Below, one piece after another: positions 9,134 to 18,359 of a stretch of 61,233 nt of DNA. The DNA is taken from assembly GCA_031411015.1 (NCBI GenBank), contig JANOAF010000636.1, forward strand, positions 1 through 61,233. Direction: 5' to 3'. Source of the stretch: Opitutaceae bacterium (GTDB taxonomy: Bacteria > Verrucomicrobiota > Verrucomicrobiia > Opitutales > Opitutaceae). Both the position numbers and the translations under genes were made by a program. Position 1 is the stretch's first letter; each line of letters starts with the position of its first letter. A model generated the notes under the pieces. That model was given only the letters and a program-made list of their open reading frames with translations. It was not told where the DNA came from and made no database searches.

Positions 9134-10558
9134 TCACTCCAAATAGAGGCCGGACTCAATCTTCGGTTTCGGCGTCCGAGACTTCCAAGCCTCGGCGAAT
9201 GAATCCTCGTCGTAGCCAAAGAGCGGCGAAATTTCCACGGTCGCGGCGGGAAGCCCGGTCGCGTCCACCGGCAGCGCAGCACCAGCAGCCGACAACCAGC
9301 GGGCAAACTGCCGGCTCTGATCGTCGCGGCAGGTCTGCGGCGAATCGAGGCCGTCGGCATTTTTCACTGGGGAAAAATCGTCACGCCGGAGCGTTTCGAC
9401 CACGAGCGGATGTTGGGCGAACGGCAGCGCATCAAAAACGAACATCTCGAATTTCACGCCGTTGGCCTTGTCCGGTTTCACCGGCGCACCCGCCGGGTCG
9501 ATGGTCGGAATCTTCTTATCGGCACGGTGAAACGGCAGCGCCACGCCTTCGCCGCCCCGGGCCATCCGCCGGACAAACTCGCGGTCGAGCACGTGAATCG
9601 CGATGTTGCCCGCGAGGTAGCGCAGCTGGCCACCCGCGTCGGTCTCGCGCTGCATGGCCATCGGCAGATCGGAATACTCCAGCACGACGACCCCGCCGTT
9701 TTGCAGGCAAAACACGCCGACCTTCTCCTCGGCGTAGGCTTTCGTGACCATCTTGCTCGACATCTCCGAGCGCCGCGAGAGATGCCAGCCAAGAAACGCC
9801 GGGTCGATGCAGCGCACGAGCGGATTATCGACCTGAAAGTAACTCAACGTATCGATGCCCTCCCGCGCCATGAGATCGAGTGCGCCGCTGCGGTCGAGCG
9901 CCCGGAGCGAGCCCCCGTGGCCGTCGGGCGAGAGCGCGATCGAGAATTTGGTTTCCAGCAGGATTTTCCCGGAAAAATCCACCGCCGGCATTCGCCCCTG
10001 CCGGAAAAAATGCAGGCGCGCGCGGTCGAGCCCGAAGAAATGGCGCTCAACGAAGAACGCCTCCGTCGCCGCGTGATTCGCATGGCTGGTCATGATGAAC
10101 CAGTGCAACGGACGACCATAGCGGCGACCGGCGGCGAGAATCTTTTCCGCGAAGACTTGAAACAGCGGCTTCTGTTTCAGCGGCGTAACCGGGAAAGTGC
10201 CCTTGGGGCCGTCGTAGCCGAGTCGCGTCCCCTGCCCGCCTGCCACAGTGAATGCCGCCACACGGCCGGCGCGCAGCGCCGCTTCACCCGCGGCCTTGGC
10301 CGCCGTCCAAGCCCCGGCCTCACCGCCGTGGGCCAGATGCTTTTCGTAGGGCGCGGGCGCGAGGCCCGCCAAACTCACTCCACTTGAAGGATTCTTGCCG
10401 AGGAGCGTGCGGGTTAGCCGCGCCACTTCTTCCAAATCGATTTCGCCCGCATCCGCCAGCAGGCAGCGCTGCTCTTCCGCGGTGCCGCGGTCGAAGAAGG
10501 CAAAGACCTGGCCTTGCCCGGCACGTTGAAATGTTTCGATCAGCGGATGTGTCACCAT
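9134..10558 (-). CDS. UDPGP/UAP1-type UDP-sugar (probably UDP-GlcNAc) pyrophosphorylase
   Basis: AGGQGTRLGYDGPKG, SPDGHGG, QVDNPL, KFEMFVFD and FSPVKN motifs. Confidence 0.9.
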   Translation of the reverse strand: MVTHPLIETFQRAGQGQVFAFFDRGTAEEQRCLLADAGEIDLEEVARLTRTLLGKNPSSGVSLAGLAPAPYEKHLAHGGEAGAWTAAKAAGEAALRAGRVAAFTVAGGQGTRLGYDGPKGTFPVTPLKQKPLFQVFAEKILAAGRRYGRPLHWFIMTSHANHAATEAFFVERHFFGLDRARLHFFRQGRMPAVDFSGKILLETKFSIALSPDGHGGSLRALDRSGALDLMAREGIDTLSYFQVDNPLVRCIDPAFLGWHLSRRSEMSSKMVTKAYAEEKVGVFCLQNGGVVVLEYSDLPMAMQRETDAGGQLRYLAGNIAIHVLDREFVRRMARGGEGVALPFHRADKKIPTIDPAGAPVKPDKANGVKFEMFVFDALPFAQHPLVVETLRRDDFSPVKNADGLDSPQTCRDDQSRQFARWLSAAGAALPVDATGLPAATVEISPLFGYDEDSFAEAWKSRTPKPKIESGLYLE

Positions 10559-10587
10559 GAGAAGGTCGGGCGCGGCAGAACGTCGTT

Positions 10588-10872
10588 TCAGGGCGCCGAG
10601 TCAAAACGGTAGATCGTTTCATCCGGCTTACCATTGCCGCGCTCTCGAATTACCCGCTCGATGTAGTGCGGATCGGAGCGCAGCCGCTCCAGATTTCGCT
10701 CCTGCTCCCGCAGTCGCGCCTCGGCGGTCGCGAGCTTGGCCTCGTGCATGGCCTGAATTTGCTTCAACTGGCTGTATTCCGCCCGCGCCTCCAATAAAAG
10801 CGCGCCGGCCCAAATCCCGCCCCCGGTCAGGAGCACGATGTAAAGTAGGACGATGAGGCGTTGCGACATCAC
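10588..10872 (-). CDS. ftsB: Septum formation initiator (FtsB/DivIC family)
   Basis: Single TM, then coiled coil, then LRSDPHYIERVIRE...KPDETIYRF. Confidence 0.85.
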   Translation of the reverse strand: MMSQRLIVLLYIVLLTGGGIWAGALLLEARAEYSQLKQIQAMHEAKLATAEARLREQERNLERLRSDPHYIERVIRERGNGKPDETIYRFDSAP

Positions 10873-11002
10873 GTTTTTCGCGTCCCGATCAACGGAAAGG
10901 CCGTGCGGCGAGTAAAGGACATTTCAAACCGGCCTCCGGAGGGCCTCCGTGCCGCTAATAGGCGTGCCTTCGCGATCTGCGCTCCTCACGGTTATTACTC
11001 AC

Positions 11003-11818
11003 ATGTATCAGAGTTTTTACGGGTTCAAGGAGATGCCATTCAACATCACCCCCGACCCACGATTTCTCTACCTGAGCCCCACCCATCAGGAGGCATTGCA
11101 GCACCTGAAATACGGGGTGAACGAGCGGAAAGGTTTCATTGTGCTCGTCGGCGAGGTCGGCTGCGGGAAGACCACCCTCTGCCGCCGCTTCCTCAACGAA
11201 CTCGACCCGGCCCGCTTCGACACCGCGCTCATTCTGAATCCCCGCATCACCGAGACGCAGATGCTGAAGGCGATTCTCACCGAGCTCGGCGAGACGGCAA
11301 TCGCCCGCACCCAACACGACCTCGTCGCCCCAGTGAACCGCGTGCTCTGGGTTCGCATCGAGAGGGGGCGCGACATCGTGCTCATCATCGATGAGGCGCA
11401 GAACCTGAATTTCGAGGTGCTGGAGCAAATCCGCCTGCTCTCCAATCTTGAGACTGATAAACAGAAGCTCCTTCAAATCGTCCTCATGGGCCAGCCGGAG
11501 TTGAAGGACGTGCTCGCGCGCAAGGAACTCCGCCAGCTCCGCCAGCGCATCCTCGTCCACTACGAACTGAATCCCCTGACCGATTCGGACATCGCGCATT
11601 ACATTCAGCATCGCCTCACGCTCGCCGGCGGTAACGGCCGCCCGGGCTTCACCCGCTGGGCGCTTCGGGCCCTGCATCGGGCGAGCGGCGGGATTCCGCG
11701 TATCGTGAATAATCTTTGCGACAAATCCCTGCTCTCGGCGTTCATTCGCGAATCCGATGAAGTCGGCTATTGGGATGTCCGCCGTGCCGTGAAGGACATG
11801 GCTAACCTCACCGCCTAG
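11003..11818 (+). CDS. exeA: ExeA/GspA family AAA ATPase
   Basis: MYQSFYGFKEMPFNITPDP, Walker A GEVGCGKT, IIDEAQ, GQPEL and SGGIPR motifs. Confidence 0.92.
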   Translation: MYQSFYGFKEMPFNITPDPRFLYLSPTHQEALQHLKYGVNERKGFIVLVGEVGCGKTTLCRRFLNELDPARFDTALILNPRITETQMLKAILTELGETAIARTQHDLVAPVNRVLWVRIERGRDIVLIIDEAQNLNFEVLEQIRLLSNLETDKQKLLQIVLMGQPELKDVLARKELRQLRQRILVHYELNPLTDSDIAHYIQHRLTLAGGNGRPGFTRWALRALHRASGGIPRIVNNLCDKSLLSAFIRESDEVGYWDVRRAVKDMANLTA

Positions 11819-11868
11819 TTTCCCGCGCGCCGCCGTCTCTCGCTCCACTCTCTCAATCCGCCCGTCCC

Positions 11869-12564
11869 ATGAGCTTAATCAACGACGCCCTCAAGAAAGC
11901 GCAGCGCGTGCGCAACGAGGAACCGGTGGATGACGCTGCACCCGTCGCCGCGGGCGCCAAAACCCGCATCGCCAAGCGGGGCAGCGCTCACAGTGCCAAC
12001 ACCACGATTCTGCTCGGCAGCGGCGCCGTCGTCCTCGTCGTGCTTTCGGTCGTCGTCACCGTTTACTTGGTTAACCGCTCCCCCGAGCCCGCGGCCAAAC
12101 CCGCATCCACCATCGTCGCAGCGGCCTCTGGCAAGACCGGCGGAAACGACACGTCTCCCACCGTGGTCGCGCCCAAACTCGATCTTCCGGGCTCAGCGAC
12201 AGCTGCGGAGAAACCCGCCTCCGGCACGAGCGCGAGCGCGACACCCGGCACCACAGCGTTGGGCACCGAGGCGTCTCCGCTGGCAGTTCCAGCCGCACCG
12301 ATTGTCGCGCCAACGCCCGTCGTTGCTGCACCGCCACCACCCGCACCGGCCAAAGCCGATGAGCGCATCACGGTCTTTGTCGAATCCATCAAGGTCGCCG
12401 GCGTCCGTTCCTCGGGCACCGAGAGCCGTGTATTGATGAACGAGCGCGTCTATCGCGTAAACGACGTCGTCGAGCGCAACCTCGGGCTCAAGCTCGTCGC
12501 GGTCGCCGCCGGTGCACTCACCTTTTCCGATTCCAGCGGCGCGACCTACGTGAAGAGTTTTTGA
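11869..12564 (+). CDS. ExeB/GspB-like bitopic membrane protein
   Basis: MSLINDALKKAQ start, one TM, Pro/Ala-rich linker, C-terminal VLMNERVYRVND; follows exeA. Confidence 0.8.
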   Translation: MSLINDALKKAQRVRNEEPVDDAAPVAAGAKTRIAKRGSAHSANTTILLGSGAVVLVVLSVVVTVYLVNRSPEPAAKPASTIVAAASGKTGGNDTSPTVVAPKLDLPGSATAAEKPASGTSASATPGTTALGTEASPLAVPAAPIVAPTPVVAAPPPPAPAKADERITVFVESIKVAGVRSSGTESRVLMNERVYRVNDVVERNLGLKLVAVAAGALTFSDSSGATYVKSF

Positions 12565-12599
12565 GTCGCCGGAGCGCGGCGGTTGCCGCTCGCCTGCGG

Positions 12600-12643
12600 A
12601 GGTCGGAGTTTACGCCCGATCGGTCGGGGATAAAACCCGACCT
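12600..12643. repeat. Degenerate REP-like inverted doublet
   Basis: AGGTCGGAGTTTACGCCCGA-TCGG-TCGGGGATAAAACCCGACCT, an imperfect inverted pair in the intergenic gap. Confidence 0.6.
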
Positions 12644-12717
12644 AAATATTCAGGTTCACCCGCTGCCTCACCCGCCGCTCCCTTGACTCGATTCGGCGAC
12701 TGGCAACAAGTGGGAGG

Positions 12718-13365
12718 ATGATTCCTCTCCGCCCCGCTGCTCCCGTCGCGACCCGTGCCGCCCGCCTTATTTTTTTGCCGCTCATCGCCGTCGCGTTTAT
12801 CGCGGGCTGCGGCAAGCCCGCCACGGGGCCCGGCAACCCCAAGGTTCCCGCTGGGGCCAAGAGTTCCGGCGGGGTGCATGCAGTGATCGAGACCGACAAG
12901 GGCACCATTGAACTTGAGCTACTGCCGAACGCCGCGCCGAAGGCGGTGGAAAATTTCCGGCTGCTCGCCGAGCACGGCTACTACAACGGCCTCACGTTTC
13001 ACCGTATCATTTCCGGCTTCATGCTGCAGGGCGGCGATCCTAATGGCGACGGAACTGGCGGCGAAAGTGCGTGGGGCGGCAAGTTCGCCGACGAACTCCA
13101 ACCCGACTCCGACCTCTACAAACGCGGCTACAAGCGCGGCATCCTCGCGATGGCCAACGCCGGACCCAATACCAACAGCAGCCAGTTTTTCATCATGCAT
13201 CAGGATTACCGCCTGCCGCCGGCCTACGTGATCTTCGGCCAAGTGAGCAAGGGTATCGAGATCGTCGACGCCCTCGCCGCCACGCCCACCGGCATGGGCC
13301 CCGATGGCGGCATGAGCCGGCCGCTCGCTCCGGTCGTGATGCGCAAAGTCACGATTCGGCCTTGA
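12718..13365 (+). CDS. Cyclophilin-type peptidyl-prolyl isomerase, probable lipoprotein
   Basis: FHRII..FMLQGGDP and LAMANAGPNTNSSQFFI motifs; lipobox-like IAGC. Confidence 0.95.
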   Translation: MIPLRPAAPVATRAARLIFLPLIAVAFIAGCGKPATGPGNPKVPAGAKSSGGVHAVIETDKGTIELELLPNAAPKAVENFRLLAEHGYYNGLTFHRIISGFMLQGGDPNGDGTGGESAWGGKFADELQPDSDLYKRGYKRGILAMANAGPNTNSSQFFIMHQDYRLPPAYVIFGQVSKGIEIVDALAATPTGMGPDGGMSRPLAPVVMRKVTIRP

Positions 13366-13396
13366 GCGGTTGGCGCGCTGGCACAGTTTCTCCGCC

Positions 13397-13939
13397 ATGC
13401 GTCCCCTCGTCCTCCTCGCTGCTCTCGTTCTCCCGCTCGTGACCATCCACGCCGCTCCCCTGCACGAGATCGCCGTCACCGACATCGACGGCAAGGCCGG
13501 CACGCTCGCGCCGTTCAAGGGGCGCGTGCTGCTCATCGTCAACGTCGCCTCCGAGTGTGGCTACACGCCGCAGTATCAGGGACTGGAGTCTCTCTTTGCG
13601 AAATATCAGGCGAAGGGACTCAGCGTGCTCGGCTTTCCGTGCAACCAATTCGGCGCGCAGGAACCCGGCACCGACGCCGAGATCAAAAGATTCTGCAGCA
13701 CGAGCTTTCACGTGACGTTTCCGCTCTTCGCGAAAATCGATGTCAATGGCGCGAACCGCCATCCGCTCTACGCCACGCTCGCCGGCAAGGGCGCGCCGTT
13801 TCCCGGCAACGTGAAGTGGAACTTCGAAAAATTTCTGGTCGCCCGAAACGGCACTATCCTCGCCCGCTTCCCCGCCGACACCGAGCCCGACGCCCCCGAG
13901 CTGCTCAAGGCCGTCGAAGCCGCGCTCGCCGCGAAGTAG
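13397..13939 (+). CDS. Glutathione peroxidase family protein (Cys-type), signal peptide
   Basis: NVASECG (TGT Cys), GFPCNQF and KWNFEKFL motifs. Confidence 0.95.
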   Translation: MRPLVLLAALVLPLVTIHAAPLHEIAVTDIDGKAGTLAPFKGRVLLIVNVASECGYTPQYQGLESLFAKYQAKGLSVLGFPCNQFGAQEPGTDAEIKRFCSTSFHVTFPLFAKIDVNGANRHPLYATLAGKGAPFPGNVKWNFEKFLVARNGTILARFPADTEPDAPELLKAVEAALAAK

Positions 13940-14035
13940 GCGCGCAGGTTTGGTATTCGATTCGGCGCTTGCCCGGCGTCTGCCGTTGCTCGGAAATCGG
14001 TGCGCTTCGTTCGTCGTCCCATTTGTCTCAACCCC

Positions 14036-16804
14036 ATGAAAAACTGCCGCCCACTTTTGTCATCCGTGCGCGCCCGTCTCGCACCTGTCCTTTCATCGAT
14101 GTTCATGCTGGTTGCCGTTTCCCGCGCTCAAGTCGCACCGGCCACGGCGACCACCCGACCGACTGCCGCAAGCGACACCGTTACGCTCTCGCCCTTCATC
14201 GTCTCCACAGAAAATGAGGCTGGCTGGTCGGCGAACGACACGCTCTCCGCCACACGCACCAAGCAGGCGCTCAAGGACGTGCCGGTGAACATCGACGCGA
14301 TCACCGCCGATTTCATGGAGGATCTCGGCCTCTTCAGCGCCGACGAGGTCGCCAACTATGTCGCCAACGCCTTCGCCCCGCCCACGCTGGAAAACGACAA
14401 TCAGGGCGGCGCGATTGCCTTTCGCGGTCTCAGTGGCTCCACCGCCACTCGCAATTACTTCCGCTGGTATGTCCCCAGCGACACCTACAACGTGGAGCGC
14501 ATCGATTTCGGCAAGGGCTCCAACTCCCTCATCTTCGGCGACGTCGAGCCCGGCGGTCAGGCGTCTGTTTTCACGAAGCGCGCCCAGATGCGGAATTTCG
14601 GCACGTTCCTCTCCCAATACAACAGCGACGGCGCCTACCGCTTCCAACTCGATTACAACCGCAAGCTGCGCTCGAACCTCGCGGTGCGCCTCAACGCCGT
14701 GCGCCGCCAGGAGCGCACCTTTCAGGACGCGTCCACGTTCCAGCTCGCGGGCGAGACGATCACCGCAACGTGGCAGCCGCTGAAGAACACGGCCATCCGC
14801 GTCGAATATGAGCACGGCAATTTCGAGAACGTCCGCGGCTTCGGCGGCGTGACCATTCGCGAGCAATCCGCCCGCTCCCGCGCCTACACCAACGACCGCC
14901 TCTACTACACGTCCGACGGCGAGTGGATCATCCGCGCCAACCTGCCCGCCGCCGATCGCGCCAACGGCCCCGCCGGTGGCTCGCCTTCGCTCGTCGAGGG
15001 CGAATTTTTCGACGTCACGATGCGCAACGCCGCCGGCGCCGTCATCGGCACGAAACGCTTCAACGGCTACCCGAAGCACTACAATCTCCGCGGATCCTTC
15101 GACCGCCAGAACCGCCCTTTCGACACCGCCTCGGTCACCATCGAGCAGCGCGTCGGCCCCGTCGGCCTCGAGGTCGCCTACAACTACCAAAAGCAGACCG
15201 CGATCCGGAACGACAACTTCTTCGCCAGCACGATCAGCGTCGAACTCTCCGGCCGTCCCTACGTTGAGACCGAACTCGACGAGAAGCGCTTCGGCAACAC
15301 CGTCCACTCCTTCCGCGGCACCGCCGTTTATAAATTCGATCCGTGGAAATGGATGCAGCAGCTCCTCGTCGCCAGCGCAGATTACCGTGAGGATCAGGTG
15401 CTGAACTATCGCTTCAACACCTACAACACCGCCAACGTCGACCGCGGCACCGCCACCGCGCTCAACACCAACACCGACCGCGTGCGCCTCCGCCTCTTCC
15501 TCGACGACCCGCGCTTCTATTCGCGCGCCCTCTTTGACGCGATGAAGCCCGCCAACCTGCCGACCACGCCTACCATCACGCCGAAGGCGCTCGCCTCGTT
15601 TCCCTCCGGCACCAGCTCAACCGATGGCACGCAGTGGCGCCAGGCCTCCGCCGTCGCTCTTTCCGCCAGCGGCCGCTACTTCAACGGCCGCGTTCTGACT
15701 CTCGTCGGCGCGCGCCACGACTGGAACCGGAATTACGAATACAACGGCACCCGCACCTTCGGCCCGTATGCCGAGGAAGTCGCGCCGCCCAAGAAGTCGG
15801 ACGCCCTCTCCGGCGAGTATGTGCAGAACAAACAACTCCGCCTCGAGAACACGAGCATGACGGGCGGCCTCACCGTGGTGCTCACTAAGGATTTGAATTT
15901 CTATGGCGTTTATTCGGAGTCGTTCCGTTTCCAAGGCGTGCGGACCTTCGACCGCGAACGCTTCCCCCCGATCACGGGAGTGACGAAGGAAGTCGGGCTC
16001 AAAGGCAGCTTTTGGAACGACCGTGCTAGCGTAAACCTCGGCGTCTTCAACATCGACCGCCAAAACGTCGCGCTGAGTTGGAACGGCGTGGTCGATTTCA
16101 CCACCGCCGAAATCGAGGACCTAATGAATCCGAACGACGTGCGTCCCGGCGATCCCCGCTACAAATACGGCGAGGAAGGCACGGCCAGCGCCGCGCGCTA
16201 CTACAGCTCGACCGAGAACTCCCGCGGGGCCGATCTCACTTTGAATCTTCGCCCGCTGAAGGGCCTGCAGCTCCGGTTCACGCTCGCCCGCACGCAAGTC
16301 ACCGGCCAGCCAAACCTCGACTCGTTCCGCGGCTACTACGAGGCCGCCGTCAAGCGCGGCAATGAGGCCCCCGCGCTCCTCAACGAAGCGAAAACCCTCC
16401 TCGACTCGCTCGACATCGATCAAAAGCCGACCGGCGCCCGCGCCTCGCCGTGGTCCGCGAGCTGGGTGGTCGACTACGCGTTCCAGCGCGACAGTTCGCC
16501 GCTGCTCCGCGGCGTGCGCGTGGGCCTCAACGGCAGTTGGCGCGACGACTACCTCTTCGGTATTGCCAATGGCCAAGCTCTCGGCGGCGGCGCGACGCAC
16601 TTGGTCCACGGTTACGTGATGCGCGACCAGAAAATCTGGAACCAGCAGGTCCGTGCCCGCCTCGGCTTTCGGAACATCACCGACCTCGAGAACGGCAAAC
16701 TCCGCAAAACCAGCTTCACCACGCTCGCCAACGGCGCGAACGTTTACCGCTACAGCTATGTCGTCCCGCTGCAGGTCGATGCCAGTCTGACCGTGCGGTT
16801 CTAA
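14036..16804 (+). CDS. TonB-dependent receptor (paralog of 21937-24651)
   Basis: Signal peptide, VTLSPFIV TonB-box region, plug motif DTYNVERIDFGKGSNSLIFG, C-terminal Phe. Confidence 0.9.
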   Translation: MKNCRPLLSSVRARLAPVLSSMFMLVAVSRAQVAPATATTRPTAASDTVTLSPFIVSTENEAGWSANDTLSATRTKQALKDVPVNIDAITADFMEDLGLFSADEVANYVANAFAPPTLENDNQGGAIAFRGLSGSTATRNYFRWYVPSDTYNVERIDFGKGSNSLIFGDVEPGGQASVFTKRAQMRNFGTFLSQYNSDGAYRFQLDYNRKLRSNLAVRLNAVRRQERTFQDASTFQLAGETITATWQPLKNTAIRVEYEHGNFENVRGFGGVTIREQSARSRAYTNDRLYYTSDGEWIIRANLPAADRANGPAGGSPSLVEGEFFDVTMRNAAGAVIGTKRFNGYPKHYNLRGSFDRQNRPFDTASVTIEQRVGPVGLEVAYNYQKQTAIRNDNFFASTISVELSGRPYVETELDEKRFGNTVHSFRGTAVYKFDPWKWMQQLLVASADYREDQVLNYRFNTYNTANVDRGTATALNTNTDRVRLRLFLDDPRFYSRALFDAMKPANLPTTPTITPKALASFPSGTSSTDGTQWRQASAVALSASGRYFNGRVLTLVGARHDWNRNYEYNGTRTFGPYAEEVAPPKKSDALSGEYVQNKQLRLENTSMTGGLTVVLTKDLNFYGVYSESFRFQGVRTFDRERFPPITGVTKEVGLKGSFWNDRASVNLGVFNIDRQNVALSWNGVVDFTTAEIEDLMNPNDVRPGDPRYKYGEEGTASAARYYSSTENSRGADLTLNLRPLKGLQLRFTLARTQVTGQPNLDSFRGYYEAAVKRGNEAPALLNEAKTLLDSLDIDQKPTGARASPWSASWVVDYAFQRDSSPLLRGVRVGLNGSWRDDYLFGIANGQALGGGATHLVHGYVMRDQKIWNQQVRARLGFRNITDLENGKLRKTSFTTLANGANVYRYSYVVPLQVDASLTVRF

Positions 16805-16835
16805 ACGAGCGGGCGACTGGCCCACGATTTTTCAA

Positions 16836-18359
16836 ATGCTCGCATTTTACCGCCGCGCTCTCGCCTGCGGTGTCGTTCTGGCCGGCATGGCCGCAACGAC
16901 ATTCTTTGCCGCAAGCCCAGCGGGGTCCACTTCGCCTCAACCCGACATCCTCCTCCTCATGCCCGACCAGTGGCGCGGCGATGCGCTCTCGGCGGTCGGA
17001 CATCCGGTCGTGCAGACGCCCACGCTCGACCGTCTCGCGCGCGGCGGTGCGCTCTTCCGGCGTGCTTACTCCACGTGTCCGTCCTGCATTCCCGCGCGGT
17101 TGTCGCTGCTTACCGGCTTGTTTCCCGCCACCAGCGGACTCGTCGGCTACGCACCGATGCCGATCAAGCATCCGACTTTTCCCGCGCTGCTCGCCGAGGC
17201 CGGCTACGCGACCGTGCTCGTCGGCCGCAACATGCACCAGAACCCGCCGAACAAATCCGTCGGCTACCAGCAGGAACTCCTCGGCTCCACCTATCTCTCC
17301 GACGACGACTACGACAAAGCCCTCCGCGCCGCCGCACCCGACTCCGGCGGCATCCGCGCCACGATCGAACGGCTCGGCGTAACCACCAATTTCTGGCAGG
17401 CCAAACCCTGGCCGCTCCCCGATGAATTGCATCCCACCGCATGGATTGCGAGTCGCTCGCGGCGCGTGATTGCGGAGGCGAACGCAGCGCAGCCACTGTT
17501 TCTCACCGCGTCGTTCTACGCGCCCCATCCGCCGCTCTTCCCGCCCAAAAAATATTTCGACAAATATCTCGCCGCGAAACTCCCACCCGTCGCACGCGGC
17601 GACTGGGTGCAGTGGGATGGGCTCACGCCCGAGGGCGACCGCAACGGCCACCGCATCCGCCTCGAAGGCGAAACCCTCCGCAACGCCCAAGCCGGCTACT
17701 TCGGCCTCATGGAGCACCTCGACGCGCAACTCGCACCGCTCATCGCCGACTTCACCGCGCGCAGTGAAAAAGCCGGCCGCCCCTGGCTCATTGTTTTCAC
17801 CACTGACCATGGCGAGATGCTGGGCGACCACGGATACTTTAGAAAATGCGAACCCTACGAGGGCTCGGGCAACATCCCTTTCATCATCGCAGGGTCACCT
17901 GCGATGAAGTTTGTCGCCGGCCTCCGCTCTGCGCAGCCCGTGTGTCTCGAAGACATCATGCCCACGCTCCTCGAAGTAGCAGCTGTGGCGTGTCCGAAAC
18001 CCATGGATGGCGTCAGCCTCGTGCCCGCGCTGCGCGGCGGAAAACAAATCATCCGTGACCTCCTCCACACGGAACACGCCAATACCTACGGCCCCGCGCA
18101 GGCGTTTCATGCGCTCACTGACGGCCGTCACAAATTCGTCTGGCGTCCCGCCGCTGGCACCGAGCAGTTGTTCAACCTTGAAACCGATCCGCACGAGGAG
18201 CGCGACCTCACCAGCGACCTCGCACACGCTTCGGTCCTCGCCGAATGGCGCACCCGCATGGTCCGCCAACTCGCCGGCCGCCCCGAGGGATTTTCCGATG
18301 GTCAGCGCCTCATCGCCGGCCGACCCTACCCCTCCGTCCAAAAACGCCCCGCCCCATGA
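16836..18359 (+). CDS. Sulfatase (family S1, Cys-type)
   Basis: PDQWR, SCIPARLSLLTG (CxPxR) and TDHGEMLGDHG motifs. Confidence 0.92.
   Translation: MLAFYRRALACGVVLAGMAATTFFAASPAGSTSPQPDILLLMPDQWRGDALSAVGHPVVQTPTLDRLARGGALFRRAYSTCPSCIPARLSLLTGLFPATSGLVGYAPMPIKHPTFPALLAEAGYATVLVGRNMHQNPPNKSVGYQQELLGSTYLSDDDYDKALRAAAPDSGGIRATIERLGVTTNFWQAKPWPLPDELHPTAWIASRSRRVIAEANAAQPLFLTASFYAPHPPLFPPKKYFDKYLAAKLPPVARGDWVQWDGLTPEGDRNGHRIRLEGETLRNAQAGYFGLMEHLDAQLAPLIADFTARSEKAGRPWLIVFTTDHGEMLGDHGYFRKCEPYEGSGNIPFIIAGSPAMKFVAGLRSAQPVCLEDIMPTLLEVAAVACPKPMDGVSLVPALRGGKQIIRDLLHTEHANTYGPAQAFHALTDGRHKFVWRPAAGTEQLFNLETDPHEERDLTSDLAHASVLAEWRTRMVRQLAGRPEGFSDGQRLIAGRPYPSVQKRPAP

Noticed and set aside
9100-9360. N-terminal extension of the phosphomutase ORF
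   Set aside because: Overlaps the pyrophosphorylase 3' end in another frame; ATG 9099 is the more plausible start.
13550-13565. Possible selenocysteine in glutathione peroxidase
   Set aside because: The active-site codon is TGT (Cys).
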